A stretch of DNA of 63,394 nucleotides, the filler included, from Candidatus Eiseniibacteriota bacterium (GTDB lineage: Bacteria; Orphanbacterota; Orphanbacteria; Orphanbacterales; Orphanbacteraceae): assembly GCA_043809585.1 (NCBI GenBank). It is 4 parts of 4 records of this genome, joined end to end, with 100 filler letters (N's around TTAATTAATTAA, not from the genome) between each part and the next. Parts side by side here need not be neighbours in the genome. Positions count along the whole stretch, not along the records: positions 27,091 to 57,449 come from JBDROZ010000056.1; 3 more parts are not named here. The stretch is one strand, 5' to 3'. The notes under the pieces were generated by a model. It saw only the letters and a program-made list of their open reading frames with translations, was not told the DNA's origin and made no database searches. Each line of letters begins with the position of its first letter. Position 1 is the first letter of the stretch. Positions 39,593 through 48,724 of the stretch are shown here, one piece after another. Position numbers and translations under genes: made by a program.

Positions 39593-40465
39593 ATGGATCG
39601 TCCCAGGCGAAGAAGGCGACCGGGGGACTTCCCCCTCACCGGGGGGAGAGGGAGACGGAAGTCGTGCGGGCCGGCAGGACCGGAGGGGGAAGACTCGATC
39701 CGTTTCAAAGTCTTTTGCGAGTGCCTCCGGTTCGGGGCGAGTCTCGACCGGTCGAAGGTGAACGGGCTCGAGGATCTTTACGGCCGTTACGCCTCGGAGT
39801 CGGACGCGGACGACCGGACCGGGCTGCTGCTTCAGGTGTCGTCCGCCGTGGAGGAGGGGATCGGGTCGGTCACTTCTCTTCTCCCCTTCCTCCTCTTCGA
39901 CGGGGAACCGGGGGTGATCCGGACGGCGACGATCGAGACCGCCCTCCTCATGCCCCTGCAGGACGGCGACTCGATGACCGGCCCCCGGCACCTTCTGGAG
40001 ACGGCCCGAGAAGCGCCTGACGACCACACGAAGTCGGGCATCCTCGGCGGGCTGCTCCTCCTCGGCGACCGCCGGGTGACGGATCTCATGGAATGCGCGT
40101 GGCGGTCCCTGGCCCCGAACGCGCGGCCGGCACTCATCGGGGCGTGGTCCGGTTACGTCTTCGCGCCGATGATCGAGTTCCTCGTCGCCTGGCTCCGCGA
40201 AGCGGACGAGCCCGACGCCTCCGGCATCATCACCACCCTCACCTCCATGCCGGAGATGGCGGTCCATCCCAAGGTGCTCGACATCGAGCGCACCTTCCCG
40301 ATCACCGAGGCCTGCGCAGACGACGACGGCTTTCGCGTCATCCGGGAGTGGACGTTCGAAGAGTACCGGACCGATCTCTCCATCCATCTCATCGACATGA
40401 CCCTCAGTCCCGACCACCACAAGGGCCTCGAAGACCTCCTGATAGCGTGGGGGATCGAGGGGTAG
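39593..40465 (+). CDS. Hypothetical protein
   Basis: GAGGAG RBS before ATG 39593; plausible composition; no recognised motif. Confidence 0.65.
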   Translation: MDRPRRRRRPGDFPLTGGRGRRKSCGPAGPEGEDSIRFKVFCECLRFGASLDRSKVNGLEDLYGRYASESDADDRTGLLLQVSSAVEEGIGSVTSLLPFLLFDGEPGVIRTATIETALLMPLQDGDSMTGPRHLLETAREAPDDHTKSGILGGLLLLGDRRVTDLMECAWRSLAPNARPALIGAWSGYVFAPMIEFLVAWLREADEPDASGIITTLTSMPEMAVHPKVLDIERTFPITEACADDDGFRVIREWTFEEYRTDLSIHLIDMTLSPDHHKGLEDLLIAWGIEG

Positions 40466-40539
40466 GGGGGCACACGGTTCCCCCATGGTTGACGGATGGA
40501 AAGACAGTATCAGGGGGATTCGGGAGCGGTAACCGCCCC

Positions 40540-41625
40540 CTACTCGCCCCCCTCCCCCGGCTCCAGGTCGATGCGCCGCCCCTCGAAGCGTCTCAGCTGG
40601 GCCTCGAGGTAGTCGTCGTCCGGCGAGAGGGCGAGGGCATTCTTGCCGGTTTCGATCGCCTCGTCGTAACGGCCGAGGCGGAAGAGGGTCTCGGCGAGGG
40701 TGTCGAGGATCTCGAACGAGTCGGGCACGAGGAGGGCGGCGCGGCGGGCCGCTTCGAGGGCGCTTTCGAGACCGGTGTCGTTGGTGGCGAGGGACCAGGC
40801 GAGGGCGTTCAGCGTGCCGGCGTCGGTATCCTCCCGGGCGAGGGCGCCGTCCAGAATCTGGGAGAGACGACGGATCTCGCGCTCCGCGGAGGCGTCGTCG
40901 CCGCCGGCGCGATACTCTTCGGCGTAGCGGATGTGGGCCTGAGCCAGGTCAGTCCCTTCGATGATATGGTAGAGCCGCTCGATTTCGAGGAGGGGCTCCG
41001 GGTGGTCGTCGACCCGAAGATCGACGTAGCGGGTCCGGTACTCGGGGTTCGCGTCGCTCGGGCGCCCGACGAGGATCGCCGCCGACTGCTTCCCCCGGCT
41101 GTCCCCCCCGGCCGCCTCCCCGGCGAGGAGCGCCGCGAGGAGCCGCGCCGCGAGTTCGCCGTCGGTCTCGTGAAACGCCTTCGCCATGGAGTTCACCACC
41201 TTCTCGCCGGCGAGAATGTTCCCCTGGCAGACGAAGTTCTCCCCGACGATCCCCCCCTTCCATTCGTTCGCCTCCGAGCCCGTGTGCTGGGCCGTGCCGC
41301 CGTTTGCGTCGACGATGCCGACCTGCCGGTTCTCCCGGCTCGGGTCGTGATCGAGGAGCCACGCGAGTGTCTCCTCGGCAGAGAGGCCGGTACGCATGAG
41401 TGCCAGCCCCCTCGGCCCGAAGGACTCGTTCGTGAACGCCTGGGTCGCGATCGCGCCGACCCCCGCCTCGACCCACGGCACGGCCATGCCGACATTGAAC
41501 GCCCGGGATTGGACCGCCACGCCGATCTCTCCGGTCTCGGGGTCGAGGGCGACGATGGAGTAGGTGGCGAGCGCGGCGGATGGGATGAGGGCGGCCAGGA
41601 CCAGAAAGAACACGCGAGACCTCAT
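40540..41625 (-). CDS. DUF1028 (Ntn-hydrolase-like) protein with C-terminal TPR
   Basis: Signal peptide then TYSIVA.D..TGEIGVAVQS, RQVG.VD, QGNILAG, GGDSRG.QSAA, DLRVDDH. Confidence 0.9.
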   Translation of the reverse strand: MRSRVFFLVLAALIPSAALATYSIVALDPETGEIGVAVQSRAFNVGMAVPWVEAGVGAIATQAFTNESFGPRGLALMRTGLSAEETLAWLLDHDPSRENRQVGIVDANGGTAQHTGSEANEWKGGIVGENFVCQGNILAGEKVVNSMAKAFHETDGELAARLLAALLAGEAAGGDSRGKQSAAILVGRPSDANPEYRTRYVDLRVDDHPEPLLEIERLYHIIEGTDLAQAHIRYAEEYRAGGDDASAEREIRRLSQILDGALAREDTDAGTLNALAWSLATNDTGLESALEAARRAALLVPDSFEILDTLAETLFRLGRYDEAIETGKNALALSPDDDYLEAQLRRFEGRRIDLEPGEGGE

Positions 41626-41977
41626 GGAAACCTCCGGAATGGGGTTCGGCCGGTTCGCATCGTCGATTCTCCGCCAGCGACTCTACCATAAGAGAGGGGA
41701 CAGATCCGCACCCCAGCGCCCAAGTCGAGGCGCCGGAAACTGGATTCGTTATCGTATTTAATAACAACAGACTAGGGACATCGCGGATGATGGTCCGAAT
41801 GATTGCCCTCAACTAAATATAAAAATGCGAAAAAAAGTGATGGGCATCCATTAACCGATGTTATACAATTTTACCTGTAGGTCGGCGATCTGCCGCACCT
41901 CCCCCCTCGACCCGAAACCGGTGACCGGTTCCGGATCACCGGACCCGCTTTCCGAAACCACCCGGAGGATCTTCTCA

Positions 41978-42541
41978 ATGAAGCGATTCGCTACCGTCCT
42001 GCTCCTTTCCCTCCTGGCGCTCTTCGTCGCCGCGCCGGGCGCTTTCGCCAACCAGTACGGGTGGACGCTCAGCTCGAGCACGACAGATCCGTACGCCAAC
42101 ACGGGTTCCTTCATTCCCGGAGTCATCGATGTCAATCTCTGGCTCGCCTGCAGCGATCTGGACGGCATGGCCGGCGCCGAGTTCGCGATCGCGTCGAGCA
42201 CTCCCGGCAACATCGTGCTCGCCTTCACGCCGATGAACGGCTTTCTGAATGCGGGCAGCGTGGTGGACCTCTTGCTTGCCGTCGGCGGGTGCCCCACCGG
42301 CCCCATTCTGGCCGGTCAGTGGCTCGTTCTCTCGATCGTTCCGGGTGAGTACTGTCTCGTTCCGGATGCCGCGGGCGTCATGGGAACTACCGACTGCAGC
42401 CTGGATCAGCAGCTCTGGCCGATCCAGCAGATCGGCTTCTCGAACAACGGCACCCTCCCGTCCTGCCTCGACGAACTCTGCCCGCAGACGACATCGACGG
42501 AGAGCAACTCGTGGGGCGGCGTGAAGACGCTCTTCCGGTAG
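41978..42541 (+). CDS. Secreted Cys-containing protein ending in SWGGVKTLFR
   Basis: GGAGG RBS, AFA signal peptide, terminator downstream. Confidence 0.85.
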   Translation: MKRFATVLLLSLLALFVAAPGAFANQYGWTLSSSTTDPYANTGSFIPGVIDVNLWLACSDLDGMAGAEFAIASSTPGNIVLAFTPMNGFLNAGSVVDLLLAVGGCPTGPILAGQWLVLSIVPGEYCLVPDAAGVMGTTDCSLDQQLWPIQQIGFSNNGTLPSCLDELCPQTTSTESNSWGGVKTLFR

Positions 42542-42574
42542 TTCGTCGATCGACAAGATCGAGAATGATCTTCG

Positions 42575-42600
42575 AGGGCCTCTCGCGGGAGAGGCCCTTT
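42575..42600 (+). terminator. Intrinsic terminator
   Basis: agggcctctc-gcgg-gagaggccct followed by T's. Confidence 0.65.
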
Positions 42601-42890
42601 CTCATGGCCGTCTTTGGTGATGCGGTTCCCTTTCGTGCGATTTCGTTCGCCCTCCTCTCGCGATTTCCCTGGTTAACCCTTCCGCCAGTCGCTCCATTGG
42701 GGGACTTACCGACGTGCCCCTCCGGAGCCTCCTCGCCACAGCCTCATGATTCTGTTGTGAAAAGTCACACCGATCGTTAGTCTGAATCTCCGGGTTCCCG
42801 CTCGGAGGGGCTGGGAGTTGTGATCGTCAACTCGTTCCGGGGGAGTTGTTTGCCGCGATTCTCGATCGTGAGAGCGGACAAGGCCGATTC

Positions 42891-42906
42891 GGGCACGGAG
42901 GTTGCA
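42891..42906 (+). promoter_or_regulatory. Sigma54 -24/-12 promoter
   Basis: gGGCACG-GAGG-TTGCA matches TGGCACG-N4-TTGCW; 40 nt before ATG 42947. Confidence 0.7.
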
Positions 42907-42946
42907 CGAGGCAAAACCCGATGACGAACCCGAACGGAGATCGGCC

Positions 42947-44335
42947 ATGCACGGGGAACGGTGGAATCGGATGATCGATGGATACGGACGGAAGACGAGA
43001 TTCGTGGTCGCGATGGTGCTCGGGTTCGCGGTCGCCTCGGCGGCCATGGCCGATGAGCGGCCGTTCGTTCTCGAAGGTCTCGAGATCACCGGCAACACGC
43101 GCACGCCGGAACGGGTCGCCTGGCTCTATCTCGGATTGAATCCGGGCGCCGAGGTGACCGCGGGGGGGCTCGTCGTCGCCGTCGATGAACTTCGGCGGGA
43201 GGGCCCGTTCGAATCGGTCGAGTTCTGGTCGAGCCCGGGCTCGGAAAAGGGGCGCATCGTCCTCCATCTCGACGTGGTGGAGAAAGGTTTTCAGTTCCGC
43301 TTCGGCATGGGCTTCCAGGACCTCTCCGGCTGGTACATGATCCCCGCGGAACTCCGCTACGACAACCGGTTCGGACGGGGGGAACATCTCCGGTTCCAGG
43401 TCCGTCTCGGGTACCGGACCGGCGGGGGGTGGTTCGTCTACGAGGAGCCCCGGGCCGGAGACGGCCGCACGTGGTGGGGCCTCAGGCTCGGCGGCGAAGG
43501 CGTGTCGCGGGCGTACCTCTGGAATGGGGTGGAGTACAACCACCTGGTCAACCGGGGGGGCCTGGAGGCGCACGTCGGACGTCGATTCACCCGCCACCTC
43601 TCGCTCGAGTGGGGCGGAACCATCGAAGCGGTCGAAGTCGATTCGACAGCCGAGGCGGCGGTGGACGACAAGGTCCGCGGCGTGGAGTGGGGGGACGAAC
43701 TCCCCTTCGAAGACTTGCCTCCGGGCGTCGCCGCCGCTGTCGGCGAGGAGTCGCGGGGAACGGCCCGCTTCGACGTCGTCTGGGATTCCCGGAGCGAGGG
43801 CCGTCTGGCGGGGACGCCGGTCGGGGGGCTCTGGGGGCGGCTCCGGACCGAGGGTGTTTTCCCGGACGAGAGCGATCCCTACCCGCGCGTCACCGGGGAC
43901 ATCCGAGCGTACCGGTCTCTTTTCGGCGCCGTCTTCGCGGCCCGCGTCCGGGGGGGCTACGCCGGATGGGACGCCCCCTTCTACGATCGCCACTACGTGG
44001 GCGGTCTCTACACGGTTCGCGGATTTGCCGAGCAGTCCCTCACCCGGCCGGCCGGGGACACCCGCTTCTGGTCGGCCTCTCTCGAGATGCGCGCTCCCCT
44101 CGCCGGCGGGCGGGAGGCGCCGCGGGTGACGGGCATCCTCTTCGTCGAAGCGGCGAATTCGTGGACCGACGACGACGAGCCGACGTGGGGGAGTGTCGCC
44201 GCGGCCGCGGGGTACGGGATCCGCATCCGTCTCCCCTGGGTCCAGTGGCTCGGCTTCGACGTCGGCATTCCGATCACCGACTCCCCCGAGAACGAGGCGT
44301 TTCACGCGAACGGTACGATGGGGATGACCTTCTGA
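42947..44335 (+). CDS. Omp85 (BamA/TamA-family) outer membrane protein with one POTRA domain
   Basis: Signal peptide; POTRA ITGNTRT..V.EK; N.FG.GE; GG..TVRGF loop-6 motif; GYGIR; C-terminal Phe. Confidence 0.85.
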   Translation: MHGERWNRMIDGYGRKTRFVVAMVLGFAVASAAMADERPFVLEGLEITGNTRTPERVAWLYLGLNPGAEVTAGGLVVAVDELRREGPFESVEFWSSPGSEKGRIVLHLDVVEKGFQFRFGMGFQDLSGWYMIPAELRYDNRFGRGEHLRFQVRLGYRTGGGWFVYEEPRAGDGRTWWGLRLGGEGVSRAYLWNGVEYNHLVNRGGLEAHVGRRFTRHLSLEWGGTIEAVEVDSTAEAAVDDKVRGVEWGDELPFEDLPPGVAAAVGEESRGTARFDVVWDSRSEGRLAGTPVGGLWGRLRTEGVFPDESDPYPRVTGDIRAYRSLFGAVFAARVRGGYAGWDAPFYDRHYVGGLYTVRGFAEQSLTRPAGDTRFWSASLEMRAPLAGGREAPRVTGILFVEAANSWTDDDEPTWGSVAAAAGYGIRIRLPWVQWLGFDVGIPITDSPENEAFHANGTMGMTF

Positions 44336-45003
44336 TGAAACGAACTCCCCTTCTTCCCCGTCTTCTCTTCGTTTTGCTCGCCGGCGCGGGAACGGCCGCG
44401 GCGGAAGGCGACCCGCGGGTTCTCTCGGTGACGCCGGCGGCGAGAGAAGGCGATCTCGTCTGTCGCGTCGAGACAGAGGGTCTTCCGACGGAGAAGGCGG
44501 CCCGCTCCATGGGAGGAGGGCTCCCTTCGGCGGTGGATGTGGTGATCGAGCTGGTCGATGAAGAGGGGGAGATCGCGATCCGGAGCCGGATCACCATTCG
44601 CGTCTCCTTCGATCTGTGGGAGGAGATCTATCGCGTCGAAGGGGGCGCGGCGGCCCGGTCCATGAAAGAGATGGACGAGGTTCGGGCCCACCTCGCCGAT
44701 CTCCGGTCTCTCCCCGTCGCTCCTCTCGCCTCGCTGGCGGGGGGCAGGCGGTATCGGATCCGCGTCGGTCTCGTCAGCCACGCCATCGCGCCGGCGGAGA
44801 AGACGCGCTTCGGCGATTGGATCGCGGGGGACGGGGCGGGCACCGGTTCGGACGCGGAGGGACGGGAAGTCACTTTCGGTCTCGGTAATCTGATTCGCTT
44901 CGTGTTCGGCGGGTCGGCGGGGGGCGAACCGCCGGCGGGCATCGGCGAATCGGTTTGGTTCCGGCCGTCCGAACTGCCGGCGGAGGGGGCGCCCGATGCA
45001 TAA
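44335..45003 (+). CDS. DUF4390-like periplasmic protein
   Basis: ATG overlapping the TGA; signal peptide; GLP, ..SFDLWEE.Y.V; precedes a HAMP kinase. Confidence 0.65.
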   Translation: MKRTPLLPRLLFVLLAGAGTAAAEGDPRVLSVTPAAREGDLVCRVETEGLPTEKAARSMGGGLPSAVDVVIELVDEEGEIAIRSRITIRVSFDLWEEIYRVEGGAAARSMKEMDEVRAHLADLRSLPVAPLASLAGGRRYRIRVGLVSHAIAPAEKTRFGDWIAGDGAGTGSDAEGREVTFGLGNLIRFVFGGSAGGEPPAGIGESVWFRPSELPAEGAPDA

Positions 45004-46523
45004 GATCCGCACCCGGCTCATCGTCGCCTTCGTGGTCGTCACCCTCCTTCCCGCCATCCCCCCTGTCGGTGGTCGTCTGGAGCCTGGTCGACCGGAGCTT
45101 CGGTCCGGGGACGGGGGAAACCATGCAGGGCGCCCTCGTCGCCGGTCTGGACGAGTCGAGGGAGGCGCTCCGAAGCGCGAAGGAGGATTTTCGGAAAGAC
45201 CTGAAGTACACGTGGATCCCCCGTCTGGCGTCGGGGGAGCTCGCGGGGGATCGAGGGGGCGCACCCGGCGCCGCCGCGGGGGGGACGCTCGTACGTTTCC
45301 TTCGTGAGGACGAAGGGGAATCTCCGGACGACGAGAGAGAGGCGGATCTCCTCGCCTGGGCCCGCGCCCGGGATGCCGTGGAAACGCTGCCCGTGCCGGA
45401 GCGGGTGGGGCCCTTCCTCGCCGCCCTTCTGGCCGCGCCCGGTGGGGGGGAGGTTCTCATCGCCCGGGGGCTCCCGAAGGGGATGGTGGAGCGGGCGGCG
45501 AAGATCACCGAGGCGGTCGGCCTGCTCGAGGCGCTCCGGATGGAGCGGGGGGCGGTGATCCGGAGCTACGTGATCCCTTTCGTGCTGGTGTACGCGGCGC
45601 TCATCGGGCTGGCCGTCATCGTCGGCGCCTACCTCGCGCGGCGCATGGCCCGTCCCCTCGAGGGGCTCGTGGCGAGTACCAAGCGGGTGGCGGCGGGGGA
45701 TCTGGAGACGCGGGTCGCCGTGACCGGGCAGGGGGAGACGCGGGACCTGGAGGAGGCGTTCAACCGGATGGTGGAGCGTCTCGGCGGGCAGCGGGCCGAG
45801 CTCGCGCGCCTCGAGAGGAAGGCGGCGTGGCGCGATCTCGCCCGGGCCCTCGCCCACGAGATCAAGAATCCCCTGACGCCGATCCAGCTCGCGGTGCAGG
45901 AGATGCGCGACCGCTACGGCGGGGATGACGAGACGTACGAGACCTTTCTCGCCGAGGCGGCGGCGATCGTGGACGAGGAGGTCGAGAACCTCCGCCGCCT
46001 GACCCGGGAGTTCTCCGAGTTCGCCCGCCTTCCGGAGCCGAAGCCGGAGCGGGGCGACCTCCGGGACGTGCTGGGCGAGGTCGTGAGGCTCTACGGCGAA
46101 GACAAGGTCGCGCTAGAATCGCCGCACGGAAGGGTGGAAGCCCTGTTCGACGGCGAGGAGATCCGTCGGGCGCTCATCAATCTGGTCGACAACGGGCTCG
46201 CGGCCTGCAGGGAGGCGGAGAGGCCCGAGCGGGTCGTGATCCGCGCGCGGGGGAACCGGACGGGGGCGGAGATCGCCGTGATCGACGAAGGGGCGGGCAT
46301 CGACGCCGGGGACCGGGAGCGGATCTTCGAACCCAACTTCACCACCAAGCGGGGGGGAATGGGGCTCGGCCTCGCCATCGTGGAGGGGATCGTCGCCGCC
46401 CACCGGGGGGCCGTGGAGCTGGAGAGCGCGCCGGGGAAAGGCACCACCTTCACGATCCACCTTCCCGCGGCATGGTCACCCGATCGATATGAAAGCGAGA
46501 TTCATGAAGACGATTCTCCATGA
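44996..46523 (+). CDS. HAMP sensor histidine kinase (NtrY-like), with a frameshift at C6 45058-45063
   Basis: MHKIRTRLIVAF..LPAIP then LSVVVW in the other frame; HAMP, AHEIKNPLTPI, N/G1/F/G2 boxes. Confidence 0.9.
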
Positions 46524-46541
46524 ACGTATAGGGAGTGGGCG

Positions 46542-47972
46542 ATGAGCGCCAAGATCCTGGTCGTCGACGACGAGAAGAACATCCGCCGGACCCTCGGCAT
46601 GATCCTCCGGCCCGAGGGGTTCGAGACGGCGGAGGCGGAGAGCGCCGAGGAGGGGCTCGCCTCTTTCACCAAAGAAGGGGCGGACGTCGTCATCCTCGAC
46701 GTCAAGCTGCCCGGCATGAGCGGCATCGACGGGCTCCGCGAAATGCGCCGGGCCGATCCCGAGGCGCTGGTCATCATGATCTCCGGCCACGGTACGGTGG
46801 CGACCGCCGTCGAGGCGACCCGGGAGGGGGCTTTCGACTTCCTCGAGAAGCCGCTCACCAAGGAGCGGGTGCTCGTCGCCGTCCGGAACGCCCTCCGATT
46901 CGGCGCCGCGAAGCGGGAGGTGCGGGAGCTGAAGGCGCAGGAAGCGGGTCGTCATGTCCTCCTCGGCGAATCGCCGGCGATGAACCGGGTCCGGGAGGAG
47001 ATCGGCCGGGCCGGGCCGACGACGGCGCGCATCCTGATTCGCGGCGAGAGCGGCACGGGCAAGGAGCTGGTGGCCCGGGCGATTCATGAAGGGAGTCCCC
47101 GCGCGACCAAGCCCTTCGTCAAAGTGAACTGCGCGGCGATCCCCGAGGAGCTGATCGAGAGCGAGCTCTTCGGCGCGGTGAAGGGGGCCTACACGGGGGC
47201 CGTCGCATCGAGGGAGGGGAAGTTCCAGCAGGCCGACGGCGGCACGCTCCTTCTCGACGAGGTGGGGGACATGAGCCTCCGGGCCCAGGCGAAGGTGCTC
47301 CGGGCCCTCCAGGAGGGGGAGATCGAGATGGTCGGCGGCCGGGGGACGGTGCGGATCGACGTGCGGGTTCTCGCGGCCACGAACCAGAACCTCGATGCCC
47401 TCGTCAAGGAGGGGCGCTTCCGGGAGGACCTCTTCTTCCGGCTGAACGTGATTCCCGTCGAAGTGCCCCCTCTCCGGGAGCGGCGGGACGACATCCCCCT
47501 CCTCGCGAGGCATTTCATCGAGCGCTACCGGACCGAGAACAACCGCCCGCCCCTCGCGCTCACGGAAGAGGCGGAACGGGCGATCGCGTCGGCTCCATGG
47601 CCGGGCAACGTCCGGGAGCTCCAGAACGCGGCGGAGCGGCTCGTCATCATGGCCCGGGGCCGGGAGATCGGGCTCGCCGACCTCGAGAGGGCGGGGCTCT
47701 TCGCCCCTCCCGCCCCGCAGCGGTCCGCGGGCCGGGGAGCGGAGCGCACGATCCGCCCCCTCGAGCCGGAAGAAGTGCTCCGCATCGGCGGTCTGGTCGA
47801 GGCGCGGCGGCGGTTCGAGGCGGCGTGCATCGAGGAGGCTCTCGCGAAGAGCCGGGGGAACGTGTCGGAAGCGGCGAGGGTCCTCGCCATCGACCGGACG
47901 AACCTGCACAAGAAGATTCAGGCCTACGGCATTTCACCGGACCGGGAGGACGTCCCGGACGAGGAGCAGTGA
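46542..47972 (+). CDS. Sigma54-dependent response regulator (REC-AAA+-Fis HTH)
   Basis: ILVVDDE, LDVKLPG, GESGTGKE, ESELFG..GAYTGA, LDEVG, FREDLFFRLNV, WPGNVREL. Confidence 0.95.
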   Translation: MSAKILVVDDEKNIRRTLGMILRPEGFETAEAESAEEGLASFTKEGADVVILDVKLPGMSGIDGLREMRRADPEALVIMISGHGTVATAVEATREGAFDFLEKPLTKERVLVAVRNALRFGAAKREVRELKAQEAGRHVLLGESPAMNRVREEIGRAGPTTARILIRGESGTGKELVARAIHEGSPRATKPFVKVNCAAIPEELIESELFGAVKGAYTGAVASREGKFQQADGGTLLLDEVGDMSLRAQAKVLRALQEGEIEMVGGRGTVRIDVRVLAATNQNLDALVKEGRFREDLFFRLNVIPVEVPPLRERRDDIPLLARHFIERYRTENNRPPLALTEEAERAIASAPWPGNVRELQNAAERLVIMARGREIGLADLERAGLFAPPAPQRSAGRGAERTIRPLEPEEVLRIGGLVEARRRFEAACIEEALAKSRGNVSEAARVLAIDRTNLHKKIQAYGISPDREDVPDEEQ

Positions 47973-47973
47973 G

Positions 47974-48618
47974 ATGAGACGGAATATCACGGGCGGACAT
48001 CGAAGCACTTGGTTCGCGATCGCGGCGCTCCTGACGGCATCGTCGATTGCGGGACCCGCCGCGGCCAAACCGCCGGGGTTCATTCTCGGCCTCGACCTGC
48101 ACACGAGCCACATCGGCGTGGAGGAGAAGACGGACACGTCGCCGGATAACTCGGTCTTCGTCGACGAGACGGGCGGGGGCCTCGGCCTGATCCTCGGCTA
48201 CGCCTTCACGCCGAGTTTCTTCCTCCGCTTCCACCTGAGCGGCTCGGGACACGAGACGAACCGGAACGACGTGGACGTGGCGTACGCAAACGGCACCGTC
48301 GAGGCGGGCTATCTCTTCCGGGAGGGGAAGGAGGTCCGTCCCTTCTTCTACGGCGGGATCGGCGGATTCGCGCTCGAGTCCCGGCATGACGACTGGCGCT
48401 ACGAGACGAGCGGCCCCGGCACCGCCTTCGGCGGCGGGGTCTTCTGGTTTCTCACGCCGAACTCGGCCCTCGACTTCGGCGCCCGCCTCGAGTTCATGAA
48501 TTGGGAGCGGACGATGGCGGAGGTGAAGGTCGGCGACGCCACGGTGACCGTCGAGACCCCCGTCGATGAAAACGGTTCGGCGGCCAAGATCGACATCGGT
48601 TGGAGTTACTGGTTCTAG
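47974..48618 (+). CDS. Small outer-membrane beta-barrel protein
   Basis: Signal peptide, amphipathic strands, RPFFYGGIG, C-terminal WSYWF. Confidence 0.8.
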   Translation: MRRNITGGHRSTWFAIAALLTASSIAGPAAAKPPGFILGLDLHTSHIGVEEKTDTSPDNSVFVDETGGGLGLILGYAFTPSFFLRFHLSGSGHETNRNDVDVAYANGTVEAGYLFREGKEVRPFFYGGIGGFALESRHDDWRYETSGPGTAFGGGVFWFLTPNSALDFGARLEFMNWERTMAEVKVGDATVTVETPVDENGSAAKIDIGWSYWF

Positions 48619-48724
48619 TGGCGGGTCGCTCTCCTTGTAGCGAGGTCCCGTCCGGCTTGGCGGGAGAGGCGCCAGGAGAGGCGCCCGAGCTTCGTCTCCG
48701 GCCCGGCGAAGACCGTTCCCGTCT

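Noticed and set aside
42910..42945. c-di-GMP-I riboswitch suggested by ggcaaaacc
   Set aside because: No GNRA P2 stem or GACGCAAAGC segment; it overlaps the predicted sigma54 TSS
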